From an uncultured Phycisphaerales bacterium (GTDB lineage Bacteria > Planctomycetota > Phycisphaerae > Sedimentisphaerales > Anaerobacaceae): a stretch of DNA of 64,000 nucleotides. The position numbers were made by a program, and so were the translations under genes. The stretch is taken from contig CAVYYI010000001.1 in the NCBI GenBank assembly GCA_963772725.1, positions 1,056,001-1,120,000 on the forward strand. Reading direction: 5' to 3'. Within the stretch, counting starts at the first letter, position 1. Every line of letters begins with the position of its first letter. The notes under the pieces were generated by a model. That model did no database searches, was not told the DNA's origin, and saw only the letters and a list, made by a program, of their open reading frames with translations. Below, piece after piece: positions 22,170 through 34,000 of the stretch.

Positions 22170-24753
22170 TCATACCTTTTTGAAAATAAATTTGTGCTGG
22201 TCGGCGTCAATTTTTATCGTATCGCCATCAGAGAAATTTCCCGCGAGAAGTTCATTGGCCAGAGAGTTTTCAATTCGCTGCTGAATGGTTCGTTTTAAAG
22301 GTCTTGCTCCAAAGACAGGGTCGAAACCCTCATCCATAATCAGCTTGCGGGCGTTGTCTGTGAATTCAATTGTGAGTCTGCGGTCTTTAAGACGGTTAGC
22401 CAGATAGCTAAGCTGAATATCGACAATCCTGCCCAAATCATCTTTGGTAAGCATATGAAAAACAATTATTTCATCGATTCGGTTCAGGAACTCGGGTTTG
22501 AAGTATTGCTTAAGAGCGTCTTTAACGTGAGCCTCGATTTCCCAGTCCGCCCCGGACTTTTCAGTCATTTCCTGAATTTGCTGGCTGGCGATGTTGCTGG
22601 TCATAATAATGACGGTGTTTTTGAAATCAACCGTTCGGCCCTTTCCATCGGTCAGACGTCCGTCATCGAAAACCTGCAGCAGAACATTAAACACATCTGG
22701 ATGAGCCTTTTCAATTTCATCGAGCAGAATGACCGAATATGGTTTACGCCGAACAGCTTCGGTCAGTCGTCCGCCTTCTTCATAGCCAATATAGCCCGGC
22801 GGTGCGCCTATAAGCCTCGCTACCGAATGCTGCTCCATAAACTCGCTCATATCGATGCGCACCATCGCGTTGGGGTCGTTAAACAGAAAATCTGCCAGCG
22901 CCTTTGAAAGTTCAGTTTTACCTACGCCTGTCGGCCCGAGGAAAAGAAAAATCCCGATAGGCCGATTCGGGTCGCCAAGCCCCGCCCGATTTCTGCGAAC
23001 CGCGTTACAAAGAGCGGCAATGGCTTCATCCTGGCCTACTACACGTTTGTGAATTGCATCTTCCATCTTTGTCAGCCGTTCACGCTCGCCGCTGAGAAGT
23101 CTGCGCAACAGGGATTCCCGTCCATTTAGATACAATCTGGGCGATATGCTCTTCGGTTACTTCGTTGCGAACAATCTGGCCGTTGGATGATTTAGTGAGT
23201 TGTGCTTCTTTTTTCGCGAGTTCTTTTTTCAAATCGGCAATTGTGCCGTATTTAAGCCTGGCGGCCATTTCGAGTTCCCCCTTTCGCTGCGCATCCTCAA
23301 ATTGGTTTTGCGCCTCTTCTATTTTCTGTTTCAGCTCTTTTATGGAGTCGATTTCGCCCTTATCTTTCTCCCACTGAGCGGTAAGTTCTTTATCCTGCTT
23401 TTGGAGTGAAGCAAGCTGTTTTTCAGTATTTTTCAGGCGTTCCTTGCTGGCGTTATCCGTCTCTTTTTTCAAAGCCTCCCGCTCAATCTGAAGCTGAATT
23501 ATTTTTCGCCGAATATCATCGAGCTCGGCTGGCAGGGAATCATTTTCGATTCTGCAGCCTCGATGCCGCCTCATCGATCAGGTCTATCGCCTTATCAGGC
23601 AGCCACCGGTCGGTAATATAGCGGTTTGACAATGTCGCCGCCGCCACAAGCGCCGAATCCGTAATTCGCACGCCGTGATGAGTATCATAGCGGTCTTTTA
23701 GTCCGCGAAGAATTGCGATGGTTTCTTCAACGCTTGGCGGATCAACCATGATCGGCTGAAAACGTCTCTCAAGGGCGGCGTCTTTTTCAACGTATTTCCG
23801 GTATTCATCGAGAGTCGTCGCGCCTATACATCGCAATTCACCGCGTGCCAGCGATGGTTTGAGCAAATTGCCCGCATCGACCGCGCCTTCGGCCTTGCCG
23901 GCGCCTACAACAGTGTGCAGCTCATCAATAAAAAGAATTATCTGCCCCTCGTGCAGCGATAACTTCCTTGAGAACAGCCTTGAAACGGTCCTCAAATTCG
24001 CCTCTGAATTTCGTTCCGGCAATCAACGCGCCCATATCCAGCGCGATAATTCTTTTATTTTTCAAACCGATAGGGACATCGCCGGCGATTATGCGCTGTG
24101 CCAGCCCCTCGACTATCGCGGTTTTACCAACGCCCGGCTCGCCAATCAGCACAGGATTATTTTTGGTTCTGCGGTTAAGAACCTGCATGCAACGGCGTAT
24201 TTCCTCATCTCGCCCGATAACAGGGTCAAGCTTGCCTTTACGCGCCAGCTCAAGAAGGTCGATACCATAACGTTCAAGTGCCTTGTATTTATCTTCCGGA
24301 TTCTGGTCGGTTATTTTTTCTCCGCCGCGAATTTCCTTCATCGCGATTTCAATTTGCTCCGTTGAGACGGAATTTAATCGCAGAATTTCTTTTGCGTCGC
24401 TTTCAATTGATGCCAGCGAAAGAAACAGATGCTCAACGCTGAGATACTCATCGCCCATTTTGTCCGCACGATTTTGAGCATCGAGGACAATCTGATTCAG
24501 GGCGGCATCCGGCATAAGCTGGCCGCCCTTGCCCTGCGGCAGACGATTCAATTCAGCCTCGGTCATACTTTTAATCTGTCCGATATTCGAGCCGATTTTT
24601 CTGCAGTGCCATTACCGCGATGCTTTCCTGGTCGTCGCATACGGCTTTTAACAGGTGCAGCGGCGACAGAACGGTATTAGATTTGGCCATCGCAATCTGC
24701 TGCGCCGTTGCCAACGCCTCTTGTGCCTTTAATGTAAATTTGTCAAATTTCAT
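22170..24753 (-). CDS. clpB: ATP-dependent chaperone ClpB (about four frameshifts, probably artefactual)
   Basis: [28 protein letters not shown], coiled-coil middle domain, [17 protein letters not shown] and FGARPLKR across five ORF fragments. Confidence 0.93.
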
Positions 24754-24793
24754 CTTGTATCCTCTTTAAAAAACCTTTTACTTTATCAAAAAT

Positions 24794-24899
24794 AGCAAAC
24801 GGCGTGCCTGAACTCCCCAAATACGCAAGTGCCTTATAATCAATAACTTATCGTTATCGCCAAAATTAAATAGAGTGCCATTTCGGCAGTTATATGGCA
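24794..24899 (-). promoter_or_regulatory. Sigma54-type clpB promoter with IHF-like site and upstream TGCCA/GGCA boxes
   Basis: Minus strand AGGCACGCCGTTTGCT (GG-N10-GC) at 24794-24809; AATCAATAACTTA at 24838-24850; TGCCATTTCGGCA at 24876-24888; TGGCA at 24895-24899. Confidence 0.7.
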
Positions 24900-24905
24900 A
24901 CCTTA

Positions 24906-26639
24906 TTAATCCTTGAGCAACAATTTTCTGTTATTGCTCCGCGTTTCACCTTCGGCGGAGACTCTAACAGCCTTCAAGCCGCTCACAGGACATTCATGCT
25001 CGCAGATGCCACAGCCGATGCACTTTTCAATATCAACATAAGGCTTCTGCAGTCGCACCTGAATTTCGATTTTCCCGCCGCTGGGCAGTTTTGTCTTCCC
25101 ATCGTTTTGCACAGACAAAGAGTTTACCGTATTTGCCGTAATTTTATATCTCTGTCCATCGATAAAACAGTAGTAATCGCCGCTGCCAAAATAATCGGCC
25201 TTCAACGGTTCAGCAACAGTAATGACATTTTCATCGACGCTCTTAACCATTACAACGCCGTCTCTTACTGTATAAACCGTTTCGACTGTATAAATTGCTT
25301 TCGGGCTAACAGGACAGTTTTCCTGGCAGACAATGCAGGGTTTGCTCATCGCCCAGGGAAGGCACCTGTTGCGGTCGAAAAACGCCGTACCTAATTTTAT
25401 CGGGCCGGCGCCGGCGAATTCGCCTGTTCCTCTTTTTTCCGCAAGCGTAATCGGCCTTATCGCCGCTGTCGGGCAGACCTGTCCGCACGCGACACAATTA
25501 AGCTGACAGCCGCTTGAGCCAATACGATTATTCAAGACAGGCGTCCAGATATTTTCCACTCCGCCTTCGATACCCGCGGGCTGAATTACATTCGTCGGGC
25601 AAATCCGCATACATTGGCCGCACTTGATACACCTTTTGAGAAACTCTTCTTCCGCCAGCGCTCCGGGCGGACGAATTACCTTATAATACCAGTTGCTTGT
25701 TAATTTCGCCCCGAGTCTCACCGCGGGCAAAACAAGAATTCCGCTCGCAAGCGACAAGGCAAAGCCTCTTCTCGATATGTCCGGGTCAGTTATCTCCCCT
25801 GCCAGAGATTGAACCGCTTGATAACTAATTACATTGTGTCGGCAGTCATGCAGGCAGTTAAAACACAGAACGCATTCGCTTGTGCGGATATTTCCAGCGG
25901 GTTCACAGCCACCCTCGCAAGCCTTCTCGCACAATTGGCAATTCAGGCATTTATTGGTATTTTTCCCGATTCGCCAGATTGCAAAGCGGTTTATAATTCC
26001 CAAAAGAGCGCCGAGGGGGCAGACGAATCGGCAGTAAAATCGCGGAATAACAAGATTCAGCAGCACCGCCACCAGGAACACAACCAATATTATCCATGCG
26101 CCGTCATAGTTTCTGCCGACTGATGAGATAAAATTAACCGACCTGTCCAGAACCGGCAGCAGTATCAGGTTAAAGCTTCTGCTGACCAGCGGTATCGGGT
26201 CGAGCAGCCCCGTCTGCAAACTCGCCGCAGCCGATGGAAATGCCGCCATCGCGAGAACAAATATCAGTACAAAATATTTTATACATTGAGCTTTGCGGTA
26301 TCTGTTAAGCTCTATTTTTTCGGATGTTTTTTTCAGGCGGTTGCCAAGAAAACCAACGAAATGATGTATCGTGCCAAAAGGACATACCCAGCCGCAAAAG
26401 AATCTGCCGAGAACCATCGTCAGCACAATAGTCGCCAGCGACCAGAGCAAAGGCCAATACAGCGTATGCGCTGTCAAAATTGTCCCCAATGCCACAAGCG
26501 GGTCAAGCTGCAAAAACCAGTTCACAGGCCACCCGCGAATCTGAAACCATTTAACGCCAAGACTGCTGACTATACAGAACCAGACGAACATCGCAAAAAA
26601 GAAAACCTGACTTATTCTTCGTGTATGTACTATTCTCAT
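24906..26639 (-). CDS. Membrane-bound polyferredoxin (NapH-like TM domain fused to NapG/MauM-like domain)
   Basis: GRFFCGWVCPFG, RFYCRFVCPLG, several CxxCxxCxxxCP motifs and an internal SRRGF twin-arginine motif. Confidence 0.88.
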   Translation of the reverse strand: MRIVHTRRISQVFFFAMFVWFCIVSSLGVKWFQIRGWPVNWFLQLDPLVALGTILTAHTLYWPLLWSLATIVLTMVLGRFFCGWVCPFGTIHHFVGFLGNRLKKTSEKIELNRYRKAQCIKYFVLIFVLAMAAFPSAAASLQTGLLDPIPLVSRSFNLILLPVLDRSVNFISSVGRNYDGAWIILVVFLVAVLLNLVIPRFYCRFVCPLGALLGIINRFAIWRIGKNTNKCLNCQLCEKACEGGCEPAGNIRTSECVLCFNCLHDCRHNVISYQAVQSLAGEITDPDISRRGFALSLASGILVLPAVRLGAKLTSNWYYKVIRPPGALAEEEFLKRCIKCGQCMRICPTNVIQPAGIEGGVENIWTPVLNNRIGSSGCQLNCVACGQVCPTAAIRPITLAEKRGTGEFAGAGPIKLGTAFFDRNRCLPWAMSKPCIVCQENCPVSPKAIYTVETVYTVRDGVVMVKSVDENVITVAEPLKADYFGSGDYYCFIDGQRYKITANTVNSLSVQNDGKTKLPSGGKIEIQVRLQKPYVDIEKCIGCGICEHECPVSGLKAVRVSAEGETRSNNRKLLLKD

Positions 26640-26645
26640 AATTTA

Positions 26646-27644
26646 TTAACCTGACGTTTCCATTTTCGTTTTCAGCGATTCCCAGTTTGTCGTTCCTGCA
26701 CCGGCAATTTCCGCCATAGATAGATATGGCAAATCGGCGATTTTCATATCGAGTAATCCGCAGCCGTAAGAATCCGCCGCAACCATATCACAGCTTACAA
26801 TCATGGTATCACCGCGCCTGAGGTCTGATACTGAGCCGCCTGTCGGGCCATTAGTCATCATCACTTCAGTGCCGTCCAGTATAACCAGTGTCGGCTTAAC
26901 CATCATAGCCAGTTCCGCGATTGTGCCATTAATATCCTGATGAAAAATACCACGTTTGCCGCCCAGCAGCCCATACCAGTTCTTCATCGTCATCGAAGCT
27001 CCGCTACAACGATGATTTTTAACCGGCGCAATTCCGATAAGTTTATCCACTTTAACGAACGGCTCAAAAAGAATCGGCCAATTCCTGATGATTTTTCCAT
27101 TTGCCACGGTTGTGTTTCTGAAAAAATTATTTTTCGGCATGACGATTTTGCCGCCGACCTTTTCAACCGCTTTACCTATGCCGCTAATCATAAAACAGCT
27201 TTGCGGGTCGTTGATAGGGTTATCGGTAACAATTACCTCTTTAGCCTGCCCCTCAACAAGGCACAGCCGAACCATCTCCGCTATCACATCCGGATGACTC
27301 GTCGCTCCCAATATAGCAGGCGAAGAAAAAGCAATATTCGGTTTTATCGCGACTACATCGCCTTTTTTAATAAACCGCCCAATGCCGCCAAGTGACTTTA
27401 AAGCGATATTGAGATTTTTAACCCTGTCCCTGCCCTTGACAATACTCATTATATCGCCAACCTGCGGCTTAATGGAAAAATCAGGCAGCGTCACCAGGTT
27501 TTTCGTCTCAAGGTGTGCCGCCGGCCCCCTGCCGTCATAAGCCAGATACGAAACAACTCCCGCCACGGCAACTGAAATGCCGGCTTTACCTATTCGGCCT
27601 ATGAATTCCCGCCTGCACATATTTTTATCAGGCTGTTCTGCCAT
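26646..27644 (-). CDS. DUF362-family protein with Tat signal
   Basis: MCRREFIG twin-arginine signal; VAIKPNI, VKNH...TMKNWYG and GPTGG motifs. Confidence 0.8.
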   Translation of the reverse strand: MAEQPDKNMCRREFIGRIGKAGISVAVAGVVSYLAYDGRGPAAHLETKNLVTLPDFSIKPQVGDIMSIVKGRDRVKNLNIALKSLGGIGRFIKKGDVVAIKPNIAFSSPAILGATSHPDVIAEMVRLCLVEGQAKEVIVTDNPINDPQSCFMISGIGKAVEKVGGKIVMPKNNFFRNTTVANGKIIRNWPILFEPFVKVDKLIGIAPVKNHRCSGASMTMKNWYGLLGGKRGIFHQDINGTIAELAMMVKPTLVILDGTEVMMTNGPTGGSVSDLRRGDTMIVSCDMVAADSYGCGLLDMKIADLPYLSMAEIAGAGTTNWESLKTKMETSG

Positions 27645-27646
27645 TA

Positions 27647-28663
27647 TTATTTTTTCACCTCTTTATTGAGTTTTTCAATCAGGCTCAAAATCAACTTTTC
27701 CGCGGCAGGCTGATTTTCCGCCTCGTGAATACCCGCCACGAACGGCCCTGTTGAAAGAACAATTTCCGTCGTATCATAGAAATTCACAACTTTGCTGTCG
27801 AGACTCGCGGAAGCGGCTTTCTTCGGCGTCCCCCCGTTTTCTATCAGAAAGCTGTAATAACTTTTCGCCATCTCCTGGGCTTCTTTAGCGTCCTTGCGAT
27901 TGCTTAAAAACACTGTTACTTTATTACCATCAATATTATACACTGCTGAAAAAATGTTCGTTAATTTATCGAATCCAAACGCGCTGGAAAGATAAAACTT
28001 TATGCTGCCCGATACCAGATTTTCTTTTCCGAACAACCGCAGTTCGTCAATTTGGTTGGCATTGTCAACCGTGATATTTTTAACAAAGTTCCCCGCTGTT
28101 TGCGTTATCGCTTTAATAAGTTCCGGCGATTCTGAAAATCCAATTATCTCAACATAATACTTACCGTGAGCAAGATATACGGCGTTACCCGCTCTGTACG
28201 CAAAACCCAAATCCGCCAGCGTCTCCGTATCAGGCCTCTGCTGCCCTGTATAAACCGAAAACGCGTTGCGGCCATTAGCCATATCATAGACAAAAACCTC
28301 CATCGCCAAGCTGTCGTCGGCCTTATTGACAAACCGCTGAGTCATCAATTTTTCAAAGCCTGATTGAGTATATTGAGGGGCTTTGCCGTCGATTTTTTCA
28401 TAAAGATTCTCAGAATTGTAAATTTCCGGCTTGGACGGCGGAATAAAACCATCAGGCAAAAAACCGCTGAAAAATACATCATTTTGTTTATCCTGCGGCT
28501 TTTCGGGTGCAGATTGTGTCTCGATTATCCCCATACCGAAACTGTCCATATCATATTTTGACTGTTTTACCAATATCCCCACTCCAGTAATTACAAGAAT
28601 CGCCAAAATGCTGATGCTTATCCCGGTTTCGAGATGTTTTGCCCGGCTGGGAACTGAACCCAT
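27647..28663 (-). CDS. Membrane-anchored extracytoplasmic protein (DUF6599-like)
   Basis: Single N-terminal TM; NLYEKIDGKA and VFVYDM...AFSVY motifs; first gene of the DUF362 operon. Confidence 0.6.
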   Translation of the reverse strand: MGSVPSRAKHLETGISISILAILVITGVGILVKQSKYDMDSFGMGIIETQSAPEKPQDKQNDVFFSGFLPDGFIPPSKPEIYNSENLYEKIDGKAPQYTQSGFEKLMTQRFVNKADDSLAMEVFVYDMANGRNAFSVYTGQQRPDTETLADLGFAYRAGNAVYLAHGKYYVEIIGFSESPELIKAITQTAGNFVKNITVDNANQIDELRLFGKENLVSGSIKFYLSSAFGFDKLTNIFSAVYNIDGNKVTVFLSNRKDAKEAQEMAKSYYSFLIENGGTPKKAASASLDSKVVNFYDTTEIVLSTGPFVAGIHEAENQPAAEKLILSLIEKLNKEVKK

Positions 28664-28833
28664 TACAAACTCCACAAATCAATTTACTTGACCTTATACC
28701 CAGAACAAAGTATAGTTCTTATAAGTATAAACTTTATCAGGTGTTATGTCAAATAAATGCTAAGTTATAACTCGTTGACTTAATTGTTCTTATTATGCTA
28801 TAATAATGCTTATTTAAAGAAAGGGCTTAGAAA

Positions 28834-29097
28834 ATGACTGAATCAATGCCGTATTTACTAATATGGACGCCCCAGGGGATGGATTGGCTGATTATCCTTG
28901 TTGTCGCATTGCTTTTGTTTGGAAAAAGGCTGCCGGAAGTTGCCAGAGGTCTCGGCAGAAGTCTTACCGAATTTAAAAAAGGTCTCAACGAAGCAAAAGA
29001 TGTCAAAGACGATGTTGAGAAAGACGTAAAAAATCTCAAGGATGATGTGGTAAAGCAAACCAAAGACGCTTTTAACGATTCCGATAAAAACACCTGA
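28834..29097 (+). CDS. tatA: Twin-arginine translocase TatA
   Basis: LIILVVALLLFGKRLPEVARGLGRSLTEFKKGL. Confidence 0.92.
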   Translation: MTESMPYLLIWTPQGMDWLIILVVALLLFGKRLPEVARGLGRSLTEFKKGLNEAKDVKDDVEKDVKNLKDDVVKQTKDAFNDSDKNT

Positions 29098-29130
29098 TGA
29101 TTGATACCTCTAATCAATTATCATCTGAAA

Positions 29131-29917
29131 ATGGGCACTTCAAAGAAAAAACATGACCCAAATGATAACCATACTATGACCCTCGGCGAGCACCCTCGAG
29201 GAATTGCGATACAGGCTTATTCTTGCCTTGACCGGGCTGGTTATCGCAATGATTGTCTCACTTATCTTCGGCCAGTACATAATCGCTTTTCTTGAAAAAC
29301 CATACATTAGTGTAATGGGTAAAGACGCTCGATTCCAAATACTTGCTCCCATAGACGGTTTTAACACATATATGGAAATAGCGATGATTGCGGGCATTGT
29401 CTCATCTTCTCCGTGGATTTTTTATCAGTTATGGATGTTCGTCTCTTCGGGGCTTTACCCTCACGAGAAACGTTATATCAATATGGCGATACCTTTTTCC
29501 GCCATACTTTTTGTTACAGGCGCTTTGTTTTTCCTTTTTGTAATTGCCCCTGTTACGCTCAAATTTCTCGTTATGTTCAATAAGGAATTCCTCGGTGCCG
29601 ACTCCAATTTTACCTTTAAGGATTATATATCTTTTGTAAACATAATGATGCTGATTTTTGGTCTGGCCTTTCAGACGCCCATTGCGATTTTCTTTTTAAT
29701 CAAGACCGGTCTTGTCTCCATAGAAACCTTTGGCAAATCCAGAAAGTTTGTCGCCCTCGCGGCCATTATCATATCCGCCGCCGTCATACCAGGCTCCGAC
29801 CCTTTCTCTCTCTTTGGCATGGCAATTCCGTTATACCTGCTTTTTGAACTCGGCGTAGTTCTGGGTTATTTCGCTACTCGCAGAAAAAAACTGCGAACCG
29901 GCACATCAAACCAATAA
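29131..29917 (+). CDS. tatC: Twin-arginine translocase TatC (one frameshift near 29195)
   Basis: MTLGEH-LEELRYR split by an extra C; PWIFYQLWMFVSSGLYPHEK, FGLAFQTP and LYLLFELG motifs. Confidence 0.92.
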
Positions 29918-29935
29918 ATTTTTGAGAGGCCTTTA

Positions 29936-30916
29936 GTGTTAAAACTTGGAAGCATCAATCTGGACGTGCCGTTCTTTCAGGCCTCACTCAGCGGATACAG
30001 TGACTATGCGATGCGTAAACTTGCTTACACATTCGGCTGCCCACTTACCTTCGCAGGTGTAATGCTCGCAAAAAGCGTCATTCACCCCAAAGTCCTCAGG
30101 CACCCTGCGTTCAAACCTCATAACGATGAGCATCCCATCGGCGCCCAGCTTTTAGGGAGACGTCCCGATATTATGGCAAAGGCCGCACGGGAACTGGTTA
30201 ATGCGGGATATGATTTGATTGATTTGAATTTTGCCTGTCCAGCCCCAAAAGTAATTCGCAGACAGCGAGGCGGTTTCCTGCTCAATGAGCCGCAAAACGT
30301 TATCGAGATATATCACGCCGTTCGCCAGGCCGTCAAATGCCCTATCCTTATGAAACTGCGAACAAGCTTTGACGGCTCAAACGATTCAAACGAAAATTTC
30401 TGGCGAATCTGCGAAGAAGCCTCAAACGCCGGTGTCGATGCTCTGATTGTGCATCCGCGAAGTGTGTTGTCTAAATTCACCGGCTTAGCAGACTGGAAGG
30501 TTCTGGCGGAATTAAAGAGGCGATTTCCGAAAACAACAATCATCGGCAGCGGCGATTTATTCGAGCCCGAAATAATCGCCGAGCAGTTGAAAACCAGCGG
30601 CATTGACGGCGTTGTCATTGCCCGTGGAGCTATCGGAAACCCGTGGATTTTCAGAGATTTACGGGCGATTTTGCGTGGCGAGCCGAAACCGCCGCCACCG
30701 ACTGTAACCGAGCAGGGACAGATTGTTCGGCAGCACTTTGAGATGATACTCGAACTTTACGAACCGGGCAAAGCAGTCCGCTATATGCGGAAATTTATGG
30801 TCAATTACTGCAAACTGCACCCACAGCGGAAAAAGGCTCAAAAAACCCTCTTAGCCGCCAAAAATAAATCTGACGTCTTCGCCGCCATCGAACAGTGGTA
30901 CAACGTAAATCCCTAA
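29936..30916 (+). CDS. dusB: tRNA-dihydrouridine synthase (DusB-like)
   Basis: IDLNFACP, LIVHPR, IGSGD and ARGAIGNPWIF motifs. Confidence 0.85.
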   Translation: MLKLGSINLDVPFFQASLSGYSDYAMRKLAYTFGCPLTFAGVMLAKSVIHPKVLRHPAFKPHNDEHPIGAQLLGRRPDIMAKAARELVNAGYDLIDLNFACPAPKVIRRQRGGFLLNEPQNVIEIYHAVRQAVKCPILMKLRTSFDGSNDSNENFWRICEEASNAGVDALIVHPRSVLSKFTGLADWKVLAELKRRFPKTTIIGSGDLFEPEIIAEQLKTSGIDGVVIARGAIGNPWIFRDLRAILRGEPKPPPPTVTEQGQIVRQHFEMILELYEPGKAVRYMRKFMVNYCKLHPQRKKAQKTLLAAKNKSDVFAAIEQWYNVNP

Positions 30917-31069
30917 TGCCGACGATTAATTCGGCGTTTGTTACTCGTCGCTCGATAACCGTAAAATATTGCCCATATAGCCAATCTTGTTTAAATTATG
31001 GACAAAAATAAGCGTTTTTGTAAATTTTTTAACGGTGAGTAAAATCGAATTGTTATCATATTTATTGTA

Positions 31070-34000
31070 TTATTCCATCCACAGCCAGTTTTCGCACATT
31101 ATCACAAGGTCGTTCATATCAATAACCCCGTCGCGGTCGATGTCCACAGCAGCAGGGAGATAAGAATCATCCGGGGAACAACCAATCTGGGCGTAATCCA
31201 GAAGGTTAACAAGGCCATCATTATTCAAATCAGCTTTATTTCCAACAGCCGACAGCGAGAAACTTGCCTGTGGCGTATTACCATAAGCTCCCATATTGAC
31301 CCTTTGCCCGTGCGGCCATAGCTCTCTTGTCCAGTCTGAATTTGGGTCGCCGGCATCAATGCAGGGGCTGTTGACATCATCCATTACCCATCTGCCCTGT
31401 TCGTAATGCTCAAGGTAATTCACGCAGAACAGCATCAGGTCGTTATAGTCAACTCTGCCGTTTCTGTCCAGGTCAGCCCTTAGATACGGCTGATAGTAAT
31501 AACCGTACTGGGCGACCCATTGAGGCTCTGTCGTTTTCTGCCATTCGTCCGCGATAATCGCAAAATCGCTCATGTCCATAAAACCATCGCCTGTAGCGTC
31601 CATATAGATAAGCTGATTCTCCTGCCATCTTCCTGCCTGAGATTTTAGATGATAATCGCCTGTAGTCCAGGAGTCGTCGAGAAAACTGGAATTACCGACG
31701 GTATTATTGTCATTGTAAATGCCCAGCCTGACAAAACACGGGTCGGATTCAAGATTATTAAGTCCCCAGATAATATTGCAGTCGTTAGGTGCAGCAGCGC
31801 CAAGGCCGCCTTTAAGAGCAGAGCAGTCGATATTAAGGCTCACATTTTGGGAATAATCCGGAGGAATATTTACCTCAGAAATATTACTATCGCTTTTGTT
31901 CCAGATAATCGAATCTTTAATTGTGACATCTAAATATGGTGGATAAGGGTTAAACTGACCATTTGCAATTATTATGCCGGCTGCGGAAGGTGAGGGGTAA
32001 GCAACAGAATTATTCGAGCTGTTATCCGAAATTGTACAATTAAATATATCAGTCTCTGAATTACCAACAATGCAAACGCCTCCCGCAAAATTATTCGCAA
32101 TAAGGCAATTTTTAATTTCCATGTTACCGTATAAAGCTGTATAGATACCTGCGCTATAATTACCAACAATGTCACGACCGTAGCCATTGTGAATAACCCG
32201 GCAGTTAATTATCCTTGAATAATTACTGTTGTCATACGAACCGGCAAGATATATTCCCAAACAAGGGAAGTTTCTTATAATGCAGTTTTTTATTGTGCTA
32301 TCACCCGAAGAAAGAGATATACCTCTTCCGGAATAATATCGAGAAAGAAGAGGGTTATAAATAAACGACAGGCCATTTATAACGGTTTCATAACCTGAGA
32401 CACCTTTCATAGTGACCTCAGATTCAATGATTGTAGCGGCAACAATGGCGCGATTTTCGGGTTCGATGCTTTGTATTGTCAAAGATTTGGAGGAAGCAGA
32501 AAATCCAGCATATTTACCCGGATGGATGATAATTATGTCACCATTTGCCGCGGCATTAACGGCCGATTGAGTTGTCGCATAATCCCCCGGCACATGAATT
32601 TCTTTGGCTACTCTCAGATTGACAGTGATACTTTGCTGGGAGGTCTCAGCGGAGCGGATAGTAATGATTTTCGAGTAGGTTCCGCCAGTTAATCCCGCAG
32701 GATTTATGGTAAATGTAACAGTATTAATCTCGTTTTTTTCGCATTGTCCGCTCATTGGAGTAATAGATGTTATCCAGTTATAGTCGGCGATTGGGTCGAT
32801 AGACCAGTGTAACGTGTCATAACCGGTATTTGTAATAGTGAATGTCTTATCAATGGCATTTGAATCCTTGGGGGCATATACGGTGAACGAGGTTGGCGAG
32901 ACAGATAAACTCGGCCCATACACTCTAAGGAATACAAATAACGTTTGCGGATTATTTTGTGCATTAGGAGCATTGATTGTAAATCGACAATAATTCATTC
33001 CATATTTTGCTTTACTTGGGTCAACAGAAATCGTAACAACACTATTGCCATCGGTAACTATTCCGCTCTGTGGAGTAACGCTGAGCCAGTTACCGTCGGC
33101 AGGCATCTGTATCTGCCAATTTAGCGTATCGTAGCCAGTATTTGTAATAGTAAGATTTTTCGGTGCAACGCTGCCGGTTTTGCCGTTAGAAATAAAATTA
33201 AAACCCGTTATGCTAAGGCCAATTTTGGGTCTCAAAACCTCAAGATTTACCGTAACTATTTGCGGACTATTTGCGGTATCGGGTGAAATCACAGTTAATT
33301 GGCAGCTATTTACTCCATAATTGGCCTGATTAGGGTCAACTGAAATATTAACAACACTATTACTGTCGGTAACTGTCCCGCTCTGGGGAGTGATGCTGAG
33401 CCAGTTGCAGTCGACAGACATCTGTATCTGCCAATTTATGGCGTCATGAGTGGAATTACTGAGTGTAAGATTTTGCGGTGCAACATAGCCGGTTTTACCA
33501 TTAGCAGTAAAACTAAAAAGGGTTTTGTTCAAATCCATTGTGGGCTTTGCAATGTAATTTTCATCATTCATATCTGTCGTGATGTTGGTATAAGTTCTGC
33601 TTGCCGGATTAAATCCATATCCTGTTTTTGACGGTGTGATGGTGCCCGACCAGTTGTAAGGCAGCGTTAAAGCATATTTACCGTTGGGGTCTGTTGATGT
33701 TGAGCCTGCTGCGCCGGCACTAATAGTAACCCCCGCTATCCCAACGCCGCCGGTATTTGTTACCGTTCCCGAAATTGCAGGCTTTATTGCTGTATAATTC
33801 TGGTCATTAAAATCTGCAGAGATATTTGTATAAGTCCTGTTTGCCGGATTAAATCCGTATTCGGTCTTTGCTGGCGTAACCGTCCCTGACCAGCCATAGA
33901 CGGCAGTTAATTCGTAATATCCATTGCTCGAAGTGGAAACAGTCGACAGCCCGGATGCATTAATTGACACACTGCTCACTCCAACCCCGTTTTTATCCAG

